DNA of 64,000 nucleotides from an uncultured Acidimicrobiaceae bacterium (GCA_963826835.1 CAWGYK010000005.1:3410-67409), one strand, 5' to 3'. Shown: positions 19,727 to 29,645, counted from the first letter of the stretch. The notes: generated from the sequence alone by a model not told the origin. Made by a program: numbers and translations.

Positions 19727-20218
19727 TCACGGCGAGCGGCGAGCGGAGGAGATCTTCGCCCGACGCCGATGTGCGTCCGCCGGGACGGGAAGCGTGCCGT
19801 CCCGCAGGGCCTTGTCGTCAGCCGCCACGTCGGCCAGGGTCGCCGACTGCAGGCGCTGCCGCAACGCTTCGCGTGCTGACGACCACACCCGGTGCAGGGC
19901 ACACACCTCGTCCCAATGGCACGGTCCGCCGCGCAGCGCGCACGCACCGGCATTGAGCGGTCCCTCGAGTGCCTCGACGACCTCGCACACGGTGATCGCC
20001 TCGGGCGGCCGTGCGAGCGCGTAGCCGCCCTTGGGGCCTGACTTCGACGTGACCAGCTTCGACCGCTGGAGATCCTGAAGGACGATCTGCAGGAACCCGA
20101 CCGGGATCACCATGGCACTGCCGATCTCCGCAGCCTTGGTCCACGGGCCGCTGGCGTTGACCAGGTAGATGAGCGCCCGAAGTCCGTAGTCGGTGCGGTT
20201 CGTCGGGACGAGCTTCAT
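19727..20218 (-). CDS. Rrf2 family transcriptional regulator
   Basis: MKLVPTNRTDYGLRALIYL, SGPKGGYALARPPEAITVCEVVEALEGP, and a Cys cluster CALRGGPCHWDEVC. ATG 20218. Confidence 0.85.
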   Translation of the reverse strand: MKLVPTNRTDYGLRALIYLVNASGPWTKAAEIGSAMVIPVGFLQIVLQDLQRSKLVTSKSGPKGGYALARPPEAITVCEVVEALEGPLNAGACALRGGPCHWDEVCALHRVWSSAREALRQRLQSATLADVAADDKALRDGTLPVPADAHRRRAKISSARRSP

Positions 20219-20287
20219 GGAGCACCATCCTAAAGCGGCGTGCTGGAGGTTCTCCGGAGTGTCGTGCGGGCAACTCCCCCGACGGAG

Positions 20288-20318
20288 TATGCTTACATAA
20301 CTCCAGTTCAGAAGCATA
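20288..20318. promoter_or_regulatory. AT-rich inverted repeat TATGCTT-N17-AAGCATA between the rrf2 start and tRNA-Pro
   Basis: Read directly from the sequence. It is the only AT-rich patch in this intergenic region. It could be an Rrf2 operator or part of the tRNA-Pro promoter. Confidence 0.3.
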
Positions 20319-20323
20319 TTTCA

Positions 20324-20400
20324 CGGGATGTAGCGCAGCTTGGCAGCGCGCCTGCTTTGGGAGCAGGAGGTCCGGGGTTCAAATCCCCGCATCCCGACCA
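20324..20400 (+). tRNA. tRNA-Pro (anticodon TGG), CCA encoded
   Basis: Manual cloverleaf: CGGGATG/CATCCCG acceptor, GCGC/GCGC D stem, CCTGC-TTTGGGA-GCAGG anticodon arm, CGGGG-TTCAAAT-CCCCG T arm. Confidence 0.9.
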
Positions 20401-20464
20401 TCGCCGCGTCGGCTCGCGCGTCCCATCGCTCCGGTCCCGTGACGCCCTGGGCAACAATGCCGCC

Positions 20465-22123
20465 GTGACCGACGCGGGGACGACGGGGCCCAGCCCCTCC
20501 ACTGGTGGCCGGATCGTTCTCCTCACCCTGGCCTCGGCCCAGTTCCTCATGACCCTGGACAGCTCGGTCATGAATGTCTCCATCGCCACGGTGGCCAAGG
20601 ACGTCGGGACGACGGTCACCGGGATCCAGTTGGCCATCACGCTCTACACGCTCGTCATGGCGGCCTTCATGATCACGGGCGGCAAGGTGGGCCAGATCCT
20701 CGGCCGCAAGCGCGCCTTCATGATCGGCTGCGTCGTCTACGGCTGCGGGTCCTCCATCACGGCGCTCGCCAAATCGCTCCCCGTCCTCATCGTCGGGTGG
20801 TCCGTGCTGGAGGGGCTGGGCGCCGCGTTGATCATGCCCGCCGTGGTGGCTCTGGTGGCGACGAACTTCGGTCCGACCGAACGCCCGCGGGCCTACGGCC
20901 TGGTGGCCTCGGCGGGCGCCGTGGCGGTCGCGCTGGGCCCGCTGGTCGGCGGGCTCTTCACCACCTACCTCAGCTGGCGCTGGGTCTTCGTCGGCGAGGT
21001 CGTCATCGTGATCGGCATCCTCGCCCTCTCCAGGCGCATGGCCGACTCGCCCGCCGTCCCCGGTGTCCGCCTCGACCCGGTCGGCACCCTCCTGTCCGCC
21101 GCCGGGCTCGGCATGGTCGTCTACGGCGTCATCCGCTCGGGCACCTGGGGTTTCGTGCAGCCGAAGCCGGACGCCCCCCAGTGGCTCGGCCTCTCCCCCG
21201 TCGTTTGGTTGCTGCTCGGGGGCGGCGGCGTCCTGGCCCTGTTCGTGCTGTGGGAGAGCCGCCAGCGGCGCCTGCGGCGCGCCGCGCTGGTCGACCCCCG
21301 CATGCTGCGCGTCCCCCGCCTCCAGGCCGGCCTCACCTCCTTCTTCTTCCAGTTCCTGCTGCAGGCGGGGCTCTTCTTCGTGATCCCGCTCTTCCTGTCC
21401 GTGGCCCTCGGACTGTCGGCCGTGGCCACCGGAGTGCGCCTGCTGCCCCTTTCGGTGACCCTCCTGGCCGCGGCGATCGGCGTGCCCCGACTCTTCCCCC
21501 ATGGCTCCCCCCGCAGGATCGTGCGCGTCGGCTTCAGCCTCCTCCTCCTCGGCATCGTGACGCTGCTGGCAGCGCTCGACGCCGGCGCGGGCGCCGATGT
21601 CGTGACGGGGCCGCTCCTCCTCGCCGGGCTCGGTATCGGCACCCTCGCCTCGCAGCTGGGTGCCGTGACCGTCTCGGCCGTGCCCGACTCCCAGAGCGGT
21701 GAGGTCGGCGGCGTCCAGAACACCGTCACCAACCTCGGCGCCTCCATCGGCACCGCCCTGTCGGGGGCCATCCTCATCGCCGTGTTGACGACGACCTTCC
21801 TCGGATCGGTGGCGGCGAACCCGGCCGTGCCGGAGGAGCTGTCCTCCCGGGCGCAGGTCGAGCTCTCCGCGGGCATCCCCTTCGTCAGCGACGCCGACCT
21901 CGACGCGGCCCTCGAGAAGGCCGACGTGCCGCCGGCGACGGCACAGGCCATCGTGGACGCCAACGCATCGAGCCGGATCAACGGGCTACGGGCTGCGCTG
22001 GCGGTGCTCGCCCTCATCGCCCTGGTCGCCGTGGCGCTCACCCGCCGCCTCCCGACCGTCCAACCCGGGGACGAAGAGGGCGAGGTGCCCGAGGAAGAGG
22101 CGCTCAGCTCCTCCGGAGGGTGA
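20465..22123 (+). CDS. MFS transporter, DHA2 (EmrB/QacA-like) type
   Basis: LDSSVMNVSIATVAKD, GKVGQILGRKRAF, many TM segments. GTG 20465 is the first start after tRNA-Pro. The tracked ORF start at 20240 overlaps the tRNA. Confidence 0.85.
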   Translation: MTDAGTTGPSPSTGGRIVLLTLASAQFLMTLDSSVMNVSIATVAKDVGTTVTGIQLAITLYTLVMAAFMITGGKVGQILGRKRAFMIGCVVYGCGSSITALAKSLPVLIVGWSVLEGLGAALIMPAVVALVATNFGPTERPRAYGLVASAGAVAVALGPLVGGLFTTYLSWRWVFVGEVVIVIGILALSRRMADSPAVPGVRLDPVGTLLSAAGLGMVVYGVIRSGTWGFVQPKPDAPQWLGLSPVVWLLLGGGGVLALFVLWESRQRRLRRAALVDPRMLRVPRLQAGLTSFFFQFLLQAGLFFVIPLFLSVALGLSAVATGVRLLPLSVTLLAAAIGVPRLFPHGSPRRIVRVGFSLLLLGIVTLLAALDAGAGADVVTGPLLLAGLGIGTLASQLGAVTVSAVPDSQSGEVGGVQNTVTNLGASIGTALSGAILIAVLTTTFLGSVAANPAVPEELSSRAQVELSAGIPFVSDADLDAALEKADVPPATAQAIVDANASSRINGLRAALAVLALIALVAVALTRRLPTVQPGDEEGEVPEEEALSSSGG

Positions 22124-22484
22124 CGCTGCACCAGGCGCGGGAGCGGCACGAGGGACAGGTCATGCGGTGGTCGAAGCGGCGGCGGGGCAGCCAGACCCCG
22201 ATCGGGAACTGGAAGATCAACAGGTCGAGCACCCCGATACGCGAGGTCTGGCCGCACCGTGCGCACCCGACGCTGAAGGAGCCCCGCTCGTCGAGCGGAT
22301 TGCCCGAGGTCGTGGCCAGGCTGTCCCGCTCCGGGCGGGCGCCCGAGTAGAGGGCACGCTTGCCCACCGGCAACGCCACCGCCACTCCCCCGGTGGCGGC
22401 GTCGGCCTCTCCGGGCGACGGGACCCAGAAGAGGGCTCGCTTGCCCAGCGGGTCGGGCGCCCTGTCGCTGCGCGATGCGGCCAC
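22104..22484 (-). CDS. Hypothetical protein with duplicated GKRAL[FY] motif and a C4 zinc ribbon, 126 aa
   Basis: GTG 22484 lies 5 nt after the parA-like stop. Very high GC3. PLGKRALFW...PVGKRALYS...VGCARCGQ...MTCPSCR. The rest of tracked ORF 22104..23381 is an out-of-frame shadow of the parA-like gene. Confidence 0.55.
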   Translation of the reverse strand: MAASRSDRAPDPLGKRALFWVPSPGEADAATGGVAVALPVGKRALYSGARPERDSLATTSGNPLDERGSFSVGCARCGQTSRIGVLDLLIFQFPIGVWLPRRRFDHRMTCPSCRSRAWCSVTLRRS

Positions 22485-22489
22485 GTCGC

Positions 22490-23263
22490 TCAGGCGGTCT
22501 GCATGGCGTCGTAGACGCGGGTCGAGAGGGCCCGGTAGGCCACCGCTCCCGGCGACGTCGGCGCGTGCTGCAGCACCGAGCGGCCGAGGCCCGGCGCCTC
22601 GGCGAACCGCACCGACTTGGGGACGGAAGGCTGGAAGAGCGGCAGGCCGTACCGATCCTCGACCTCGGACAGCACCTGGCGGGAGTGGGTCGTGCGTGCG
22701 TCGAACATGGTCGGGATCACCCCGAGCACCCGCAACTTCTCGTTGGCAAACTGCCGGACGTCCTCGATCGTCTCGAGGAGCTGGCCGACACCCCGGTGGC
22801 TGAGCGCCTCGCACTGCAGCGGCACGATGACCGCCTCCGCCGCCGTCAGCCCGTTGATGGTGAGCACACCGAGCGAGGGCGGGCAGTCGATCAGAACCGC
22901 GTGGTAGTCGGGAAGCACGGGGAGCAAGGCCTGGGCCAGGACGTGCTCGCGTCCCGTGCGGCTCAGCAGGTGCACCTCGGCCCCGGCGAGGTCGATGGTC
23001 GCCGGCACCAACGCCAGACCGGGCACCTCGGGAACGGGCCGGACGACGTCCCGCAGCTGGGCCCGGCGCACGAGGACGTCGTGCAGCGACGAGTCCAGCT
23101 CGTCGGGATCGAAGCCCAGGGAGTAGGTCAGGCAGGCCTGCGGGTCGAGGTCCACCATGAGCACGCGATGTCCCTGTTGGGCCAGGGCGACCCCCAGCGA
23201 CTGCACGGTGGTCGTCTTGGCCACCCCGCCCTTCTGGTTGGCGACGGCGATGACCTTGAGCAT
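22490..23263 (-). CDS. ParA/Soj-family ATPase (orphan; no parB or parS seen)
   Basis: Deviant Walker A VANQKGGVAKTTT, then LMVDLDPQA, LIDCPPSLG. Confidence 0.9.
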   Translation of the reverse strand: MLKVIAVANQKGGVAKTTTVQSLGVALAQQGHRVLMVDLDPQACLTYSLGFDPDELDSSLHDVLVRRAQLRDVVRPVPEVPGLALVPATIDLAGAEVHLLSRTGREHVLAQALLPVLPDYHAVLIDCPPSLGVLTINGLTAAEAVIVPLQCEALSHRGVGQLLETIEDVRQFANEKLRVLGVIPTMFDARTTHSRQVLSEVEDRYGLPLFQPSVPKSVRFAEAPGLGRSVLQHAPTSPGAVAYRALSTRVYDAMQTA

Positions 23264-23476
23264 CGGCAGAGTCTAGGACCGACGCGGGTCTCGTTCTCGG
23301 GGCGATCCGGCGACCCCGTGGCCCGGGGTCCACGAAGGCGCCACGCAGGCACGGCCGGGGCCGGAGAGGGAACGGGGGCACGAGCGCATAGGGTCGTGGG
23401 CGCAGCCGGGCGGAGCGGTCACTCGCCGCGACCTTCCGCCCCGCGCCGCCCGCAGACCGTCGAACCGAGAGAAAAC

Positions 23477-24955
23477 GTGGCCGTCGCCCGCATGAACCAG
23501 AAGACCGCCGTCGCCATCGTCTTCGTGTCGGCGATGTTCATGAACATCATGGACATCACGATCGTGAACGTCGCGCTCCCCACCATCGGACGCGACTTCC
23601 ACATCGCGCCGACCGCCGTCGACGGCGTCGTGATCGCCTACCTGGTCAGCCTCGCCGTGTTCATCCCGGCATCGGGCTGGTTGGGCGACCGCTTCGGTGG
23701 CAAGCGGGTCCTCCTGATCGCCATCGTCGTCTTCACTCTCGGCTCGGCGCTGTGCGGCCTGGCCCAGAACATGACCGAGCTGGTGCTCTTCCGGGTCGTC
23801 CAGGGAGCCGGTGGCGGCATGATGGCTCCCGTCGGCATGGCGATGCTCTACCGGGTCTTCCCTCCGGCCGAACGGATACGGGCAGCCAGCCTCATCACCC
23901 TGGGGACCACGCTGGCGCCCGCCGTCGGACCCGTGCTCGGCGGATTCCTCGTCACCAACTTCTCCTGGCGCTGGGTGTTCTTCGTCAACCTGCCCATCGG
24001 CATCGTGGCGGTGGTCTTCGGCTCCCTCTTCTTGGAGCGGACGGAGGCGATCGACGCCGGGCGCTTCGACGTGCCCGGGTTCGTGCTCGGCGGCGCCGGG
24101 CTCGGACTGCTGATGTACGGCGTCTCCGAAGGCCCGCTTCAGTCGTGGTCTTCGCCGACGGTGATCGCCACCTGCGTCAGTGGAGCCGTGCTCCTCCTCG
24201 TGTTCACCCTGGTGGAACTGCGGACCAGCCGGCCCATGGTGGACCTGCACCTCCTGCGGGGCCGGCTCTTCCGCGCGACGAACTGCGTGATGTTCCTCGC
24301 TGCCGCCGCGTTCCTGGGCATGCTCTACCTCATCCCGCTGTACTTCCAGGACGCCCGCGGCCTCTCCGCGCTGCAATCGGGGCTCTCCACGTTCCCGGAG
24401 GCGATCGGCGTCATGCTCGGCGCGCAATTCGCCAGCCGCTTCCTCTACCCGCGCATCGGGCCCCGGCGCCACATCACCGGCGGGCTGCTCGGGCTCGCCC
24501 TCTCCCTGCTCGTCCTGACCCAGATCAGCGTGACCACCAATCTGTGGCTCATCCGGGGCCTCATGTTCGTGCTCGGCTGGATGATGGCGCAGGTGATGGT
24601 GCCGAACCAGGCCGCGTCGTTCGCCATGATCACGCCCGAATCCATGGGACGGGCATCGACCTTCTTCAACACCATGCGCCAGGTCGGCAGCGCGACAGGC
24701 GTGGCCGTCCTCTCCACCGTGTTGATCGGGGTGGGCTCGGCACAGGCCAGCGGGGGTACGTCGACACCCGACATCACGGCCTACCGCCTCGCCTTCCTGA
24801 CGGCGGCGGTCTTCGCCCTGGCCGCCGCGGCCTTCTCCATCACCATCCACGACAGCGACGCGGCCGAGACCATCGTGCGGCGTGTCCGCCGCCGGTCCGC
24901 CCCCGCTCCCCGCGCCGCCATGCCGCTTCCCGTCCCCGAGGGAAGCCCGGCGTGA
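23477..24955 (+). CDS. MFS transporter, DHA2 type (second copy)
   Basis: MNIMDITIVNVALPTIGRDF, GWLGDRFGGKRVLL, FRVVQGAGGGMMAP. Start is GTG 23477 or ATG 23492. Confidence 0.85.
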   Translation: MAVARMNQKTAVAIVFVSAMFMNIMDITIVNVALPTIGRDFHIAPTAVDGVVIAYLVSLAVFIPASGWLGDRFGGKRVLLIAIVVFTLGSALCGLAQNMTELVLFRVVQGAGGGMMAPVGMAMLYRVFPPAERIRAASLITLGTTLAPAVGPVLGGFLVTNFSWRWVFFVNLPIGIVAVVFGSLFLERTEAIDAGRFDVPGFVLGGAGLGLLMYGVSEGPLQSWSSPTVIATCVSGAVLLLVFTLVELRTSRPMVDLHLLRGRLFRATNCVMFLAAAAFLGMLYLIPLYFQDARGLSALQSGLSTFPEAIGVMLGAQFASRFLYPRIGPRRHITGGLLGLALSLLVLTQISVTTNLWLIRGLMFVLGWMMAQVMVPNQAASFAMITPESMGRASTFFNTMRQVGSATGVAVLSTVLIGVGSAQASGGTSTPDITAYRLAFLTAAVFALAAAAFSITIHDSDAAETIVRRVRRRSAPAPRAAMPLPVPEGSPA

Positions 24956-25524
24956 CCACGGTCGAGACCGTCTGCGTCTTCTGCGGCTCCAGCCCGGGGA
25001 CCGACCCGTCCTTCACGGAGGCGGCCGAGCGCTTCGGTGCCGGCGTGGCCGGGCGGGGGATCGAACTGGTCTACGGCGGCGCCTCGGTCGGGCTGATGGG
25101 CGTGGTGGCCGATGCCGCCTTGGCGGCGGGCGGGCGGGCCACCGGCGTGATCACCGAGTCACTGGCGGGCCACGAGATCGCGCACGGTACCCTGAGCGAC
25201 CTCCACGTGGTGAGCACCATGCACGAGCGCAAGGCGCTCATGTCCGAATTGTCGGACGCATTCGTGATGCTGCCGGGCGGGTTCGGCACCTACGAGGAGT
25301 TCATGGAGTCAGTCACCTGGGCGCAGCTCGGCATCCACGACAAGCCCTGCGGCATCCTCAACGTCGATGGCTTCTTCGACGATCTCCTCGTCTTCGTGCG
25401 CCACGCCGTCGACCGGGGGTTCATACGTGACCACCAGGTCGAGGCGCTCGTGATCTCCCACGATGTCGACGAGCTGCTCGATGCGCTCGTGGGAACGACC
25501 CGCGATCAGGTCCCGGCCCGGTAG
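24952..25524 (+). CDS. LOG family (TIGR00730) nucleotide 5'-monophosphate nucleosidase
   Basis: VCVFCGSS, VYGGASVGLMG, PGGFGTYEE. GTGA start/stop overlap with the MFS gene. Confidence 0.9.
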   Translation: MTTVETVCVFCGSSPGTDPSFTEAAERFGAGVAGRGIELVYGGASVGLMGVVADAALAAGGRATGVITESLAGHEIAHGTLSDLHVVSTMHERKALMSELSDAFVMLPGGFGTYEEFMESVTWAQLGIHDKPCGILNVDGFFDDLLVFVRHAVDRGFIRDHQVEALVISHDVDELLDALVGTTRDQVPAR

Positions 25525-25545
25525 GCGCCCCGACGCAGACCGCGC

Positions 25546-26586
25546 TCAGGCCCGGCCGGGGAGCAGCAGCACGTCCCGGAGCTCGTCGGTCTCGCCCCAG
25601 TCGGCCACGAGCTCGGCCACGGACGGGTAGGGCTTCTCCACGCCGGTCGCCTTCTCCAGGACCGACGGCGTGTAGCCCAGCTTCTCGAAGTACCCGAGGT
25701 AGTCCGCCACGGTGGTGCCCGAGACGCGGCGCAGCATCTCGTCCTTGAGCTCGGTGGTGACGATGGGCCGGTCGCGCTCGATGATCCGCTTGGCGCCCCG
25801 CACCACCCGACCCTCCGCTCCTTCGACGTCCATCTTCAAGAACCCGACCGGACCCTCCACGAGGTCGTCCAGCCGGAAGGTCGCGACGACGTTGCCCGGG
25901 TGGGACAGGAGATCCCCGTCCTCGATCAGGCCGCCGTTGGAACCGACGTGGGTGGAGTAGTAGGCCCACCCCGTCGCCGTGTCCGCCGCCACCGGCAACA
26001 GCGCGACGTTCGTGATCTCGTGCAGTCGCAGCGATGACAGCAGAAGGCGGCAATTCTCGGAGTTGGGCTCCAGGGCGATGACCCGCCCCGTCGGTCCCAC
26101 CAGTCTCGACGCGAGCAGCGAGTAGTAACCGAGGTTCGCTCCGACGTCGATCACCGTCATCCCGGCGCTGCAGTACCGCTCGAACACGGCCGTCAGGTGC
26201 GACTCGTACTGGCCGGAGAGCAGCCCCGGAGTGACCGCGGCGTCGGCGGCGTCGCAGAACAGCTCCACCCCGCCCACCGTGCAACGCACGGCGTCATCCT
26301 CCGCCAGCTGCACCGAGAAGGCAGTCGGCGCGACCTGATGCTCAATCGTCCCGAGCATCCGCCGGATGGTCGACACCCGCGCCAGGTCACCTGCGGCGGC
26401 CTCGTCGACGTCAGGCCGGAGCTCGTCCGGCAGCGTCGGGTAGAGCAGGTCCACCAGTTGGTCGTAGGTGATGACGCGCGGCGGTGGCTCCGGCATCGTG
26501 CCGCCGAGCCCGTACACGAGCCGGTCGCGCAGGGGCCTCAGGGTGTTCTTGACGCCGTGCAGCCAGTTGTCGTGCGCCTCGCCCAT
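25546..26586 (-). CDS. FkbM family methyltransferase with N-terminal extension
   Basis: VIDVGANLGYYS, FLKMDVEGAEGRVV. ATG 26586 (MGEAHDNW). Confidence 0.8.
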   Translation of the reverse strand: MGEAHDNWLHGVKNTLRPLRDRLVYGLGGTMPEPPPRVITYDQLVDLLYPTLPDELRPDVDEAAAGDLARVSTIRRMLGTIEHQVAPTAFSVQLAEDDAVRCTVGGVELFCDAADAAVTPGLLSGQYESHLTAVFERYCSAGMTVIDVGANLGYYSLLASRLVGPTGRVIALEPNSENCRLLLSSLRLHEITNVALLPVAADTATGWAYYSTHVGSNGGLIEDGDLLSHPGNVVATFRLDDLVEGPVGFLKMDVEGAEGRVVRGAKRIIERDRPIVTTELKDEMLRRVSGTTVADYLGYFEKLGYTPSVLEKATGVEKPYPSVAELVADWGETDELRDVLLLPGRA

Positions 26587-26683
26587 TTCGGCCAACGGTA
26601 TCTGCAATTCGGATCCGGAGAGGCAGGGTGGAGAACACCGGGTCGGTAGTCTCTCGATGAAGCGAGTCACGGGAGGAAGCATC

Positions 26684-27160
26684 GTGTCCACCGCAGATCG
26701 GATCGCCGCCACCCGGACGGTGACGGCCACTCCAGCCGAGGTCTTCCTGATCGTCACGGACCCCGCCATGCACGTCGAGATCGACGGGTCGGGCATGCTC
26801 GAGGCGGCGCCGGGCGCACTCCGCCTGGAGGCACCCGGTGACACGTTCGAGATGGACATGGACAGGGAGGCCCTGGGTGACCGCCCCATGGGCAAGTACA
26901 AGTCGCTCAACACCGTGACGAGGATCGTCCCCGACGCACTCCTCGAGTGGAACGTCGGCTCTCGTGAGCGGGGCCCGTACGGTCACGTCTACGGCTGGGA
27001 GATTACCGCCGTGGGCCCGGGCGAGACCGAGGTCACCAACTATTGCGAATGGCCCGACATCCCGGAGGAGGCGCGTCCGTACTTCCCCATCGTCCCCCTG
27101 GCCCTGCTGGAGAAGTCGGTCGAGAACCTCGCCGCGCTCGTGTCCCGCGGACCGCGGTGA
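26684..27160 (+). CDS. SRPBCC (polyketide cyclase/dehydrase-like) family protein
   Basis: GGGAGGAAG SD then GTG 26684. IAATRTVTATPAEVFLIVTDPAMHVEIDGSG. Confidence 0.7.
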   Translation: MSTADRIAATRTVTATPAEVFLIVTDPAMHVEIDGSGMLEAAPGALRLEAPGDTFEMDMDREALGDRPMGKYKSLNTVTRIVPDALLEWNVGSRERGPYGHVYGWEITAVGPGETEVTNYCEWPDIPEEARPYFPIVPLALLEKSVENLAALVSRGPR

Positions 27161-27215
27161 CCAGCGGAGCGATCTTCGTGACGCCTGGGGTCGGGTTCCC
27201 GATCCGGCCTCCGCT

Positions 27216-27485
27216 GGGATAGGAGATAAAAGGGTCGGAACTCCTTACCACCGCCGCCGCCGCACGCGATTCGGAAAACACGCCTCGCATCCCCTTCCCC
27301 AAAGCCCCATGTGATATCCACCGCCCCGCAAGCCGGGAGGAGGGGCGTCGGCCGCCATCCCCCGCCAGCCCTCTGGCAGAGCGTCCCGGCGCCGCTCGGG
27401 AGCCGGGTCGGTCGGGGTGCTCCGTGGGCCCGGTCTTGGTGGAAGTGGTCGAGCGCGGCCCTGCCCTACCGCACCAATGGGGATA
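27216..27485 (+). repeat. Copy C1 (diverged) of a ~270-bp non-coding repeat family
   Basis: Aligns block-wise with 33177-33456 and the reverse complement of 49909-50184. Shared blocks: GGGATAGGAGATAA, TTCGGAAAACACGCCTCGC, CCCGGCGCCGCTCGGGA, TCTTGGTGGAAGTGGTCGAGC, GGCCCTGCCC..CGCACCAATGGGGATA. Confidence 0.8.
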
Positions 27486-27710
27486 GTCCTGTGAGCCACT
27501 GGAGTCCCTCTCGGTAACCGGCATTTCAGGGCGGTGTCTCGGTCAGGTCCATGAGGTGCCCAGCGCAAGGGAGCCAGTGGGCACGCCACAACAACCGACC
27601 TCCGCCGGGATGAATTGTGCAAGTGACAGGTCCGTCACACGGGATCAGGATCCAGGGAGCCGATGAGGGGCCCACCGCTGTACTCTCTATGCCTTAGCCG
27701 GAGGGACCAC

Positions 27711-29645
27711 ATGGGCGATCGAATCGACGAGCTCAGCGACGCTCGATCGGCTTACGACCGCCGGGATTGGCGTGGGGCGTTCGACCTGCTGACGTCGGCC
27801 GAGAGGCGCTCGCCGCTGGCGCCGGAAGATATCGAACTGCTGGCAGAGGCGGCACGGTGGGCACGTGAGTACGGCGCGATGATCGACGCCCTGGAGCAGG
27901 CCGAGGCTCGCTACGAACGAATCGGTAAACGAGGCCTCGCGGCGGGAGTCGCATTGTCGCTGTGCCGTGAACACTTCGTCCGCAACAGCCTCTCTGAGGC
28001 CGGAGGCTGGCTGGGCCGTGCCTCTCGCTTGCTCGAAGACGAGCCCGAATGCTCTGCCCACGGCCACCTGCAGTGGGCCCTCGGCCGAGTCGCATGGGCC
28101 GACGAAGATTCAGCGTCCGCCCTGGACCACGCCCGCGAGGCGAGCGCGATCGGCCGTCGGCTGGGTGATATCGATCTGGAAGCTTTCGGTTTGCACGACG
28201 AGGGGCATGTGTTGATCGCTCGGGGCGACGTCGACGCAGGTCGTGCCTTGGTCGACGAGGCTGCTGCCATGAGCGGTGCCGCCAGCAACCCGTACACCAC
28301 CGGAATGGTCTATTGCGGCGCGATCTGGGCCTACCGCAACATGGCCGACTGGCGACGGGCTGGCGAGTGGACCGACGCGTCTTTGCGATGGTGCGAGCGA
28401 GAATCGTTGAGTGGATTTCCCGGTCTCTGTCGGTTCCATCGCGCTGAGGTCCGCCGTCTTCGCGGGGAGCTCGACAACGCCGAGCGAGACGCCCTCGATG
28501 CCATCGAAGAGTTGCTGCCGGCCAACCTGATCGCGACGGGATGGGCCCTGACCGAGCTCGGTGAGATCCGGCGGCGAAGGGGTGACCAGTCAGGGGCCCG
28601 AGACGCCTTTCGACGTGCCCAGGAGCTGGGCGGACTGCCCCAGCCAGGACTGGCGCTGCTGCTGTTGGACGAAGGCAAGCCGGACGCTGCTCTGGCCAGC
28701 ATTACCGACGCGTTGGCCCAGATGGTCGGCGTCCACCAAGAGGACCGCGGCTCGGTTCTACCCGCAGCGGTGACGATCGCCTTGGCAGCCGGTCGGGTCG
28801 ACCGAGCCCGTAATGCTCTGGCCGAGCTGGAGTCTTGGGGGAAGGCGGTCCACACCACTGCTGCCCTCGCCTCTGTCGCCGAAGCGCGCGGCCAGGTCCA
28901 AATGGCCAATGGCGACGCAGAGGCCGCGATCACCTCGATGCGGGAGGCATGCCGCCTGTGGTGCGAGGTCGACGCGCCATTCGAGGCGGCTCGTGCTCGG
29001 CTCATCATCGCCGGAGGACTACGAGTCGATGGCCATCAGTCCAACGCCACGGAAGAGCTCGAGGCGGCGCTCAGCTCGTTCGAACGTCTCGGCGCTGTCC
29101 GAGAGGCAGAGCGGGTGCGCTCGATGCTCCACACGGCCCGGCGGAGCCGGGCTACCTGCACCCTGATGTTCACCGACATTGTCGACTCGACCAGGCTCGT
29201 CGAGGTCCTCGGAGATGACGCGTGGGGAAACCTCCTGGACTGGCACGACCGTACCCTGCGTCAGTGTTTTCATGCGCACAACGGTCGGGAGATCAACCAT
29301 GAAGGAGATGGGTTCTTCGTATCGTTCACCAATTCCCTTGACGCCGTCGAGTGCGCCATTGCGATCGAGCGCACCCTGGCCGATCACCGCCGTGAGCATG
29401 GCTTCGCTCCGCAGGTGCGCATTGGTGTCCACGCCACCGAAGCTGTTGACCTTGGCGATGACTACCTGGGCAAGGGGGTCCACGAAGCCGCCCGTGTCGG
29501 TGCCGCCGCCGGTACTGGAGAGATCCTTGTGACCGCGGCCGTCATCGATTCGGTCACCGACCACTTCCACGTCCGTAACCGCCGTGCACTCGATCTAAAG
29601 GGGCTCTCGGTCGCCCTCGACGTCGCAAGCGTCGAGTGGCAATAG
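27711..29645 (+). CDS. TPR/MalT-like helical-repeat sensor domain fused to a C-terminal class III adenylate/guanylate cyclase
   Basis: GGAGGGA SD then ATG 27711. About 470 aa of helical repeats, then CTLMFTDIVDSTRL, INHEGDGFFVSF, VRIGVHATEAVDLGDDYLGKGVHEAARV. Confidence 0.8.
   Translation: MGDRIDELSDARSAYDRRDWRGAFDLLTSAERRSPLAPEDIELLAEAARWAREYGAMIDALEQAEARYERIGKRGLAAGVALSLCREHFVRNSLSEAGGWLGRASRLLEDEPECSAHGHLQWALGRVAWADEDSASALDHAREASAIGRRLGDIDLEAFGLHDEGHVLIARGDVDAGRALVDEAAAMSGAASNPYTTGMVYCGAIWAYRNMADWRRAGEWTDASLRWCERESLSGFPGLCRFHRAEVRRLRGELDNAERDALDAIEELLPANLIATGWALTELGEIRRRRGDQSGARDAFRRAQELGGLPQPGLALLLLDEGKPDAALASITDALAQMVGVHQEDRGSVLPAAVTIALAAGRVDRARNALAELESWGKAVHTTAALASVAEARGQVQMANGDAEAAITSMREACRLWCEVDAPFEAARARLIIAGGLRVDGHQSNATEELEAALSSFERLGAVREAERVRSMLHTARRSRATCTLMFTDIVDSTRLVEVLGDDAWGNLLDWHDRTLRQCFHAHNGREINHEGDGFFVSFTNSLDAVECAIAIERTLADHRREHGFAPQVRIGVHATEAVDLGDDYLGKGVHEAARVGAAAGTGEILVTAAVIDSVTDHFHVRNRRALDLKGLSVALDVASVEWQ

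Noticed and set aside
18952-19956. 334-aa ORF starting in frame with the strong SD/ATG at 19249.
   Set aside because: The translation is Arg-rich shadow sequence crossing the Rrf2 gene on the opposite strand. Only the start signal itself is noteworthy (see findings).
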